DNA of 64,000 nt, from positions 32,001 through 96,000 of the forward strand of contig CAVXLD010000009.1 of NCBI GenBank assembly GCA_963762565.1, read 5' to 3'. The notes beneath the pieces were generated by a model. That model did not search any database and was not told the origin of the DNA. It saw only the letters and a program-made list of their open reading frames with translations. The position numbers and the translations under genes are program-made. This stretch comes from an uncultured Verrucomicrobiae bacterium. GTDB lineage: Bacteria; Verrucomicrobiota; Verrucomicrobiia; Chthoniobacterales; JAFAMB01. Within the stretch, counting starts at the first letter, position 1. Each line of letters begins with the position of its first letter. Below are positions 1-8,055 of the stretch, one piece after another.

Positions 1-1184
1 TTCTCCAGTTCGGTCAAGAAATCGTCGCTGCCCTGCCAGGTAGCCATCGAAGCTTTCTGCACGGCTTCGTAGGCGGCTTTCCGGTCCATCCCGCGCCGCG
101 TAAGCTCAAGCAGAATTGCTTGACTGAAATAGAGCCCCTTCGTGATGGCCAAGTTCTGCTGCATGTGCTCGGGATAGACCACCAACCCGTCCACGATATC
201 GGCCAACGTCAGCAACATGTAATCAAGCAAAATGCAGGAATCCGGTAGGATAATACGCTCGACACTACTGTGACTGATGTCTCGCTCGTGCCACAGAGCG
301 ACATTCTCGAGTGCGGCTACGGTATTCCCTCGCAAAACACGCGCCAAACCACTAAGCCGTTCACTCGTAATCGGGTTCCGCTTATGCGGCATCGACGAGC
401 TCCCTTTTTGCCCGGGTTTGAAAAACTCTTCTACCTCTAGAACCTCGGTCCGTTGCAGATGCCGGAATTCGGTTGCCCAACGATCAATGCTGGAAGCCAC
501 TAGGCCGAGAGTGGTGGAAAATTCTGCATGCCGGTCTCTCTGAATCACCTGCGTCGACAGCAGATCCGGTTTCAGCCCCAATCGCCGGCAAACTTGCTCT
601 TCGACTCGCGGGTCCAGATGGGCGTGCGTTCCAACCGCTCCACTTAGTTTTCCCACTGCAATCGTCTCTCGAGTCTGGCGCAATCGCTTCTGGGCCCGGT
701 CGAATTCGTCGTACATCAGAGCCATTTTTAACCCGAACGTGATCGGCTCGGCGTGAATCCCGTGGCTCCGCCCGATCATGGGTGTGTATTTGTATTCCAG
801 TGCCTTACGCGCGGCGGCTTGCCGGACCAACTCGACATCGGCGAGCAAGATATCGCACGATTTCACCAGCTGAATCGCCAGCGTGGTATCCAGAATGTCC
901 GACGAGGTCAGACCCTGATGAATCCAACGCGCTGCCGGCCCGACATTGGAGGCAACATTTTCGAGGAACGCGATGACGTCATGTTGGGTGCGCTTTTCGA
1001 TCTCTTGGATCTCAGGCACCGAAAAACGGGCCTTGGCTCGGATTTCCTCGGCATCCGCTGAGGGAATGAGCCCTAGAGAAGCCATCTCTTCACAAGCGAG
1101 CACTTCGATCTCCAGCCAAATGGAAAACTTCCTCTCATCAGCCCATATTTCCCTCATCTCTTGACGGGAGTATCTCTCGATCAC
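1..1184 (-). CDS. purB: Adenylosuccinate lyase (3' end runs off the window)
   Basis: Not in the ORF track. Manual minus-strand translation from GTG at 1184 gives MIERYSRQEMREIWADERKF, and the fumarate-lyase family signature GSSSMPHKRNP is at about 373-405. Confidence 0.95.
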   Translation of the reverse strand, partial: MIERYSRQEMREIWADERKFSIWLEIEVLACEEMASLGLIPSADAEEIRAKARFSVPEIQEIEKRTQHDVIAFLENVASNVGPAARWIHQGLTSSDILDTTLAIQLVKSCDILLADVELVRQAAARKALEYKYTPMIGRSHGIHAEPITFGLKMALMYDEFDRAQKRLRQTRETIAVGKLSGAVGTHAHLDPRVEEQVCRRLGLKPDLLSTQVIQRDRHAEFSTTLGLVASSIDRWATEFRHLQRTEVLEVEEFFKPGQKGSSSMPHKRNPITSERLSGLARVLRGNTVAALENVALWHERDISHSSVERIILPDSCILLDYMLLTLADIVDGLVVYPEHMQQNLAITKGLYFSQAILLELTRRGMDRKAAYEAVQKASMATWQGSDDFLTELE

Positions 1185-1261
1185 GCCCAGAGATTACGGG
1201 AGGCACGCCGGAAGCAAAGCGATATTTTATTCGAGGAGATCAGGGAACGTGATCTTACAAA

Positions 1262-1400
1262 GGGAGGGCGCACTGCCTGTCCGACATAGCCTTATGCTTC
1301 CGATCGGTTTTTCTTCGAGCGGGGCGACGTCGGATCCCCGCGCGCCGCGAGGATGTGCCACGACCCCAAGGCGTATTTTCGTCCGCGATTAGAACACGCG
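1262..1400. repeat. GGAG-type REP-like palindrome carrying an inserted GCCTGTCCGACATAGCC...GGCGACGTCGGA unit
   Basis: Near-identical to 36623-36730 and to the reverse complement of about 13395-13532. Confidence 0.85.
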
Positions 1401-1457
1401 CCCGGCTTTGGTAACGATCCCGCCGCCGCGACCCCTACCGGCCCACGCGACGAGGTT

Positions 1458-1631
1458 CTTGGACCGTGCGATCACCCCTTCTCCAGGGCAGGTCCGTGAT
1501 GCGGACAGAGCGAAGCGGTTCAGGCCACGGACTAAGTCATGTCATCCCTTTGGGAGAGGTCCGACACTTTCCTCCTCGAGAAAGTCCGTGACAGACACCT
1601 GCAAAGACAGCGGCCTCACGAGAGAAGCCGC
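1458..1631 (+). ncRNA. Putative structured RNA with two internally looped hairpins plus a third hairpin (IS110 bridge-RNA-like); strand uncertain
   Basis: Stems CTTGGACCG/CGGTTCAGG (1458-1524) and CACGGACT/AGTCCGTG (1526-1590). Each has an inner stem, an apical CCC..GGG hairpin and an AGGTCC bulge. Third hairpin GCGGC..GCCGC at 1610-1631. Confidence 0.45.
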
Positions 1632-1659
1632 CACAAAAGATTTTTGGTTTTTTTAATGC

Positions 1660-1833
1660 TTAGCGAACGCGGGCTCGAACTTTCCGGCCGTTGTTCATTA
1701 GCCGGACCTGGCCCGAAGCGAATAAATCAGCAACCGTTGCTACCGTCTCTTCGTTGGTTTTCGCGTATGCACTCACTACAGCAATCAAATCTCCCAGGCT
1801 AAGCGGCCGGGTCGTCACTTTGCGTCTCTTCAT
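1660..1833 (-). CDS. Small basic hypothetical protein (57 aa)
   Basis: MKRRKVTTRPLSLGDLIAVVSAYAKTNEETVATVADLFASGQVRLMNNGRKVRARVR*, with a strong RBS (AAGGAG) just upstream of the ATG. Below the ORF-track size cutoff. Confidence 0.7.
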   Translation of the reverse strand: MKRRKVTTRPLSLGDLIAVVSAYAKTNEETVATVADLFASGQVRLMNNGRKVRARVR

Positions 1834-2048
1834 TTTTCTCCTTATCCTCTCACTTTCTCCGTTTTCACTGTGAGCCGGCCTGGTGAAGATTACCCCAAAA
1901 GGCCGGACCCCAAAACTACGTCCATCAAATTAGACGGGGCTGTGCCGCTTTTGTTTAAAATTTGTGAGTTATTTCGTCCTTTGGACGCAGGGGCGGGATT
2001 TCGGTTGCATTTATTCTCGGATTCGTCGAGACATCGGCCAATAAATCT

Positions 2049-2711
2049 ATGCAGTTGATTACCGGCCTAATCGACCTCCTTCTTCACTTGGACAAACATC
2101 TCGACGAACTTGCCGGCCAGTTCGGAGGTTGGACTTATCTGCTGCTATTCCTGATCGTTTTCGCCGAAAGCGGGATTATTCTGACCCCTTTTCTTCCGGG
2201 TGATGCCCTGCTTTTTGCTTTGGGCGCGTTAACCGCTACGACGACCCACTTCAGTCTGATTTTGATCCTGCTGCTTCTAACGATCGCTGCCCTGTCCGGT
2301 TACTTCTTCAACTACTGGGTGGGAGCGAGTCTCGGGAGGACGCTGTTTAAAGATCCCAACTCTAAGATCTTCCGCCGCAAATACTTGGATCAAACCCACG
2401 CGTTCTACGAACGTTACGGCGCCAAAACGATTCTTATTGCCCGTTATTTGCCGATCATCCGTACGTTCGCTCCTTTCGTTGCCGGGATGGCGGCGATGAC
2501 ATTCTCGAGATTTGTGATTTACACAGTGGTGGGCGGTGTTGTGTGGGTCCTAGTGGTGGTTTTGGCAGGCCACTTTTTCGGCGGGCTGCCCTACGTCCAA
2601 CACAATTTCTCCATTGTGATCCTAGCGATCATCATCGTCTCGTTGATCCCTACCGGCATCGAAATCTTACGGGGATATCTGGGCAGATCCAAAGCGGAAC
2701 CGGCGGAGTAG
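2049..2711 (+). CDS. dedA: DedA family membrane protein
   Basis: FAESG..PFLPGD and ARYLPIIRTFAPFVAG motifs. Confidence 0.92.
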   Translation: MQLITGLIDLLLHLDKHLDELAGQFGGWTYLLLFLIVFAESGIILTPFLPGDALLFALGALTATTTHFSLILILLLLTIAALSGYFFNYWVGASLGRTLFKDPNSKIFRRKYLDQTHAFYERYGAKTILIARYLPIIRTFAPFVAGMAAMTFSRFVIYTVVGGVVWVLVVVLAGHFFGGLPYVQHNFSIVILAIIIVSLIPTGIEILRGYLGRSKAEPAE

Positions 2712-2719
2712 AGCAAGAC

Positions 2720-3034
2720 GTGATTGGTGATTAGTGATTGGTGATTGGTGGGGGCTCCACCCCCAAACAATCAACGTGCAAGGCCCTGTAAACGCGCCGA
2801 GCTGTGGTCTACCGGGGGGCCACGGCTCGGCGTGTTTTTAGTCCCGTTAAATGGTTGGTCGAGAGATGCATTTTTTCCTTGATTAAGCTCTGGGTCGTTC
2901 GGGAGCCTCGCCCTACCAATCACCAATCACCAATCACCAATCACCAATCACCAATCACCAATCACCAATCACCAATCACCAATCACCTCACCAATCACCA
3001 ATCACCAATCACCAATCACCAATCACCAATCACC
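2720..3034. repeat. Inverted heptamer tandem tracts (TGATTGG)n ... (CCAATCA)n bracketing a degenerate MITE-like core
   Basis: About 4 copies at 2720-2750 and about 16 reverse-complement copies at 2915-3034. The core has GGTGGGGGCTCC / GGAGCCTCGCCCTACC ends. Confidence 0.9.
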
Positions 3035-3099
3035 TCTCACTTCTCCCCTCCCCCCTTCCCACTCTCCACTTTCCGGTCTATTCTCTCTTTCTACTCAAA

Positions 3100-6084
3100 A
3101 TGAATCCTGGTGCCCTCCTACAACAGGAAATTGAACATACGGGTCGCGAGATCTTTGCCTTAATCGATCAGAATCAGCGGGAAGCATCCGTTCTTCGGCG
3201 AAACGACTTTTACGGCCGGCTAATGGACTGGTGCATGCGGGACGAAAGTTTCAAAACTCAAATGTTCCGGTTCGTTGATGTGCTGCCCACGCTGACTTCA
3301 GCCGATGACGTGGTCAGGCATCTATCCGAATATCTTCGGGACTCAAAAGCAACCATCTCCGGATTACTCCGGGGTGCATTAAGCGTTGGCGCGGTTCTAC
3401 CTGCGGTGCCTGCAACCGTGATCAGGAAAAATGTAGCCGCAATGGCCAACATTTTCATTACCGGCAAGGATGGACAATCCTCCTTACGGAACCTTCGCCA
3501 AATTTGGAAAGAACAAGCGAGATTCACGGTAGATATTTTAGGCGAGACCGTCGTGAGCGACCGCGAGGCGGAACAATACGCGCAGCGTTACGGCCAATTG
3601 CTTGAGTTCCTGGCCGGCGCCACCGCCGATTGGCGAGTCGAAGGCCCGCTGGCGCCGACCGAACCGCCCCTGGTAAATGTGTCGGTAAAAATCTCAGCCC
3701 TTTGCGCGCGGATTCAGGCAACCGATCCAGACCGCAGCATCGAGATGATCTTGGCCCGGCTTCGTCCCATTATTACTCAGGCCAAAAGGTTGGGCGCTTT
3801 TATCAACCTCGACATGGAACATTATGGGTTGAAGCAGCTGACGATCGATCTTTTTAAAAAACTGCGCACCGACCCGGATTTTGTTGATTACCCACACCTG
3901 GGCCTCGTCATCCAATGCTATCTACGGGATTCTTTTGCTGATGCCGAGGATCTGCTCTCCTGGAATTCCAGCGTACGCAGACCTTTCACTATCCGGCTAG
4001 TGAAAGGCGCCTACTGGGACTACGAAAAAGTGATTGCCGCTCAACGCACCTGGGATGTGCCGGTCTTTGTTTCTAAACCGGAGACAGACGCTAATTACGA
4101 AAAAATTTCCCGCCTGCTTTTAGAAAATCGAGATCTCGTTTACCCGGCATTGGCCTCTCACAACGTCCGGAGTATCGCGCACGCCATGGTTTATGCTCGC
4201 AAGGTTGGCCTGAAACCCGGCGATTACGAGTTTCAGATGCTGTACGGGATGGCCAAGCCGATTCGCCGTGCCCTCGTCAGCCTTGGGCATCGCGTGCGCG
4301 AATATTGTCCGGTGGGCGAACTAGTTCCCGGAATGGCGTACCTCGTTCGCCGTCTGCTTGAAAACACGTCGAATGAAGGATTTCTGCGGGCAAAATTCAG
4401 TTCCAACGCTTCCATCTCTGCTTTGCTCGAGGACCCAAGCTCATTGATCGGGGATAACCAGCCTAACGGCCAGACCCGGCCTGCCTTAGCCCAACCTGCG
4501 TTCGTTAATGAGCCACCGGCCGATTTTGCGCTGAGCGATGCTCGCCAAAAAATGGACCTCGCTCTGCAACAAGTGCAGAAGCAATTCGGCAAACATTTCC
4601 CTCTCGTCATCAACGGTAAAAAGCTCAGCACCGACAGCGAGCTTCCTTCAGTGAATCCGGCCAAGCCGGACGAGGTCGTCGGTCGCAACGCTGCCGGGAA
4701 TTCCGTCAATGTTATGGATGCCGTGGCCGCCGCCCGGATAGCGTTCTCGCGCTGGAGCCAGACTCCTTTTGCGGAACGCGCTGGCATTATCCAAAGAGTC
4801 GCCGACCGGCTTCGCCAACGCCGGTACGAGCTGGCCGCCTGGGAAGTATTCGAGGTCGGTAAAACCTGGATGGAAGCTGACGCCGATGTGGTTGAGGCGA
4901 TCGATTTTTGTGAGTTCTACGCGGAAGAGGCGCGCCGGTTAGGGCGCGGTAGACTCACTCAGGATATCCCCGGCGAAGTCAGCATCGAGAATTACGTCCC
5001 CAGGGGCGTCGGCGCGATCATTGCCCCTTGGAATTTTCCGCTCGCCATTCTCTGCGGGATGACAGTGGCCGCTCTGGTAACCGGTAACACGGTCGTGATC
5101 AAACCAGCCGAACAATCGGGTGTCATCGGCGCTCTTTTCATGGAGGCATTGGAAGAGGCTGGCATCCCTCCGGGAGTCGCTAACCTGGTGAGTGGCACTG
5201 GCGAAGCAGTCGGTTCTTACCTGGTCGTTCATCCGGAGGTCGATTTCGTTGCATTTACCGGCTCGCGCGAAGTGGGAACCTCCATCTGGCAGCTCGCCGG
5301 CATCACTCATCCCGAACAAAGAAACTTGAAAAAAGTGATCTGCGAGATGGGCGGGAAAAACGCGCTCATTGTGGATACCGATGCCGACCTCGATGAAGCA
5401 GTGCTCGGCATCATCCATTCGGCGTTCGGCTTTCAAGGTCAGAAATGTTCCGCGCTTTCCCGGCTGATTTTGGTGGGAGAAGTCGGTGACCGGCTAATGC
5501 CGCGTCTCACAGAAGCAGCCGCCGCCTTGAAGATCGGCTATCCTGAAGATCCTTCCACAGATGTCGGGCCGGTTATCGACGCCGATGCTAAATCAAAGAT
5601 CGATCGGTACCGGGCCATCGGAAAGCAGAAACACAAAACCGCCTTCGAAGCCGTTATACCTGACCACTTAAAAGGCTATTTCGTTCCGCCCACGATTTTC
5701 GTCGATGTACCCATCGATGCGCAGATCGCTCAGGAAGAAATCTTCGGGCCGGTTTTATCGGTCCATCAAGCCCTCGATCTCACGGAGGCGATCGAAATGG
5801 CAAATTCGACCCCGTTTGCGTTGACCGGTGGACTTTATTCCCGTAGCCCGGAGAACATCGCGAAAGTGCGAGATAGTTTCCAAGTTGGGAATCTCTATAT
5901 TAACCGGTCCATCACTGGGGCTATCGTCGGCCGCCATCCGTTCGGCGGTTTTTATATGTCCGGCGGCGGCACGAAAGCTGGTGGACGCGACTATCTGCTC
6001 CATTTCACCTTCCCACGCGTAGTAACCGAAAATACGCTGCGCCGCGGGTTCGCGCCGGAGACTGCGGAGGTGAGAAGTGAGTAG
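3100..6084 (+). CDS. putA: Bifunctional proline dehydrogenase / glutamate-semialdehyde (P5C) dehydrogenase
   Basis: PRODH motifs RLVKGAYWDYE and AYLVRRLLEN; ALDH motifs PWNFPLAI, EMGGKN, GQKCSA, EEIFGP. Confidence 0.97.
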   Translation: MNPGALLQQEIEHTGREIFALIDQNQREASVLRRNDFYGRLMDWCMRDESFKTQMFRFVDVLPTLTSADDVVRHLSEYLRDSKATISGLLRGALSVGAVLPAVPATVIRKNVAAMANIFITGKDGQSSLRNLRQIWKEQARFTVDILGETVVSDREAEQYAQRYGQLLEFLAGATADWRVEGPLAPTEPPLVNVSVKISALCARIQATDPDRSIEMILARLRPIITQAKRLGAFINLDMEHYGLKQLTIDLFKKLRTDPDFVDYPHLGLVIQCYLRDSFADAEDLLSWNSSVRRPFTIRLVKGAYWDYEKVIAAQRTWDVPVFVSKPETDANYEKISRLLLENRDLVYPALASHNVRSIAHAMVYARKVGLKPGDYEFQMLYGMAKPIRRALVSLGHRVREYCPVGELVPGMAYLVRRLLENTSNEGFLRAKFSSNASISALLEDPSSLIGDNQPNGQTRPALAQPAFVNEPPADFALSDARQKMDLALQQVQKQFGKHFPLVINGKKLSTDSELPSVNPAKPDEVVGRNAAGNSVNVMDAVAAARIAFSRWSQTPFAERAGIIQRVADRLRQRRYELAAWEVFEVGKTWMEADADVVEAIDFCEFYAEEARRLGRGRLTQDIPGEVSIENYVPRGVGAIIAPWNFPLAILCGMTVAALVTGNTVVIKPAEQSGVIGALFMEALEEAGIPPGVANLVSGTGEAVGSYLVVHPEVDFVAFTGSREVGTSIWQLAGITHPEQRNLKKVICEMGGKNALIVDTDADLDEAVLGIIHSAFGFQGQKCSALSRLILVGEVGDRLMPRLTEAAAALKIGYPEDPSTDVGPVIDADAKSKIDRYRAIGKQKHKTAFEAVIPDHLKGYFVPPTIFVDVPIDAQIAQEEIFGPVLSVHQALDLTEAIEMANSTPFALTGGLYSRSPENIAKVRDSFQVGNLYINRSITGAIVGRHPFGGFYMSGGGTKAGGRDYLLHFTFPRVVTENTLRRGFAPETAEVRSE

Positions 6085-6317
6085 CGTTGTGACGAAATTC
6101 GCAAGGGCGGAGAGATGAACGCCAAAGCGGCTCCCCTCCAGGCGATGCGAATAAACAGACCTTTTCCGGGTGCCACCCCAAGCGGGAGCACAGCCCACAG
6201 AGACAGATGAATCAATGCCTGTTAACGATTGTGAAGCCAGGGATATTTCCTCCCTGGCTTGGCTTACTAGTCAACCGATTCTGCCTCACACGACAACGGC
6301 GTGAGCGATCCAAACCC

Positions 6318-7412
6318 TCAAACCACACTCCGCTTCTTCTTTCCGAGAGCGGATTTCACCAGCAACAATTCGCTGACGTTCTCCGGCGTGAAGAGACCAA
6401 CCAATCGCCCGGTGTTATCCAGGACCGGCAATGCGGTCACTCCAGCCTGTCTGACGAAGTCCAGAGCCCGGTCTAGACTGGTTTGGGGAAGAACGGTCGG
6501 CAGGCCCTTCACCATGACATCGATCACGGGCGTATCGACGCCGCTGTTGCGGAGGGCCACCAGCAGATCATGTTTGGTTAACAACCCGGCGAAACCACCA
6601 TTGTCATCCAGCACCGGGAATTCATGCTGAGACGTTCCCAACAAAACATCGATCGCCTGGTTTAACGTCGCCCGATGATCCAGCGTATCGAAACGAGTCA
6701 CCATCGCGCTCGAAACTGGTAAGCCGGCTGTGACCGAGCGCATCTGCACGATGGCCGCTTCACTTTCCGCCGCCATATAAATAAAGATGGCAATCAGAAT
6801 CAGGAGAAATTGACCGGTGAATGCGGCGAAGATGCCAAGTGCCAGGGCAATACCTTGCCCAATACCGGCTGCAAGCCTGGTCGCCCGCGCGTATTCCATT
6901 CGCGTAGCTAAAAGCGCGCGCAGCACCCGACCTCCATCCAAAGGGAACGCCGGGATCAGGTTGAACACCACCATGATGACGTTCGCCGAAAATAACATTT
7001 GGAGGAGACTAGGATCGGTAACGATCGCTATCAGATCTAAACCGCCCGTCGCGAGTAACACCCCGCCCAGAGCGATAATAATCACTACATTGACCAGCGG
7101 CCCCGCGATTGCCACCACCAATTCTTGCACGGGTTTCTCCGGCATTCTTTCCATGCGAGCAACGCCGCCGATCGGATACAAAGTGATATCAACCGTCGGA
7201 ATCCCGTATGCCTTCGCAGCCAGCGCGTGCCCCAGTTCGTGCAGCAAGACACAAAGGAAAATCAAGAGCCAAATCACAACGACGCTAACCCCCGACCCTG
7301 CTCCTACCGTGTGACCGGAAAAGTACGCCACAAATCCTAGAAGTAGGAAAAACGTAGCGTGGATCCGAACGTCGATCCCTGCTATGCGCGCAACTTTAAA
7401 CGACCATCTCAT
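6318..7412 (-). CDS. Site-2 protease (peptidase M50) with C-terminal CBS domains
   Basis: HELGH zinc motif, NLIPAFPLDGG motif, CBS-like C-terminus. Confidence 0.93.
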   Translation of the reverse strand: MRWSFKVARIAGIDVRIHATFFLLLGFVAYFSGHTVGAGSGVSVVVIWLLIFLCVLLHELGHALAAKAYGIPTVDITLYPIGGVARMERMPEKPVQELVVAIAGPLVNVVIIIALGGVLLATGGLDLIAIVTDPSLLQMLFSANVIMVVFNLIPAFPLDGGRVLRALLATRMEYARATRLAAGIGQGIALALGIFAAFTGQFLLILIAIFIYMAAESEAAIVQMRSVTAGLPVSSAMVTRFDTLDHRATLNQAIDVLLGTSQHEFPVLDDNGGFAGLLTKHDLLVALRNSGVDTPVIDVMVKGLPTVLPQTSLDRALDFVRQAGVTALPVLDNTGRLVGLFTPENVSELLLVKSALGKKKRSVV

Positions 7413-7452
7413 TGTTAGGTTGTAACCTTAACTTCTCCTATAAGTTGCTATA

Positions 7453-7734
7453 ATGCTAACCCGACTGAAGGTCCGCGTCACCCCGAACGCCCGAAAGAAT
7501 GCGGTCGTTTCGTGGACTGACGATGAGCTCCGGTTGAAAGTCAAAGCGCCCGCTATCGACGGCAAAGCCAATGCCGCCCTCATCGAATACCTTTCTGAAC
7601 TGACCGGTGCACCGCGTTCAAAAATCCAAGTTAGGTTCGGCGAGAAGGCGCGAACAAAGATCATGGAGATAGATGGGCTGACGCCAGACGAGGTCCGGGA
7701 CCGGATCAGGGCTGAGGCCAGCAGAGTGAACTAG
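7453..7734 (+). CDS. DUF167/YggU family protein
   Basis: VRVTPNA...APAIDGKAN...GEKARTK pattern. Confidence 0.9.
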   Translation: MLTRLKVRVTPNARKNAVVSWTDDELRLKVKAPAIDGKANAALIEYLSELTGAPRSKIQVRFGEKARTKIMEIDGLTPDEVRDRIRAEASRVN

Positions 7735-8055
7735 CCCCCGGAACGAGCTTATCTTTAATGATGGCACACGCTGGACCGGCGGCTCGGCGGCGCAGAGACA
7801 TAGAGTCGCGCACAGCACAAGATCGTTCTGACCTCCGCTAACGCGTTGGGTAGCACAGGAGCCTCGCCCCACCAATTTTTCGGCCTACGACACCAATCAC
7901 CCCATCGACGCGCTCTATGCTTGCTCGGGGCAGGCCTTTCACCTTTCACCGTTTTGCCCCCATCGCCCGCCCTCTCACGTCTCACCTCTCACTTCTCACG
8001 GTTTCAGGCCCCTTTGCGTCCCACCCAAAAAATGGTAGCTTCGGTGCTCTTCGAA

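Noticed and set aside
277..1164. Plus-strand ORFs in the track
   Set aside because: Shadows of purB on the minus strand.
2804..3103. ORFs with SPITNHQ, RRLAFGV or RTRTRT repeats (also 44574-44889, 13203-13746, 36218-36936, 49106-49714, 60711-61190)
   Set aside because: Translations of heptamer tracts and REP/MITE DNA, with no protein-family signal.
7846..8055. N-terminal extension of IleS (likewise 20349, 23036, 61277 and 60643 for other genes)
   Set aside because: They run through repeats or intergenic DNA; family-typical starts lie downstream.
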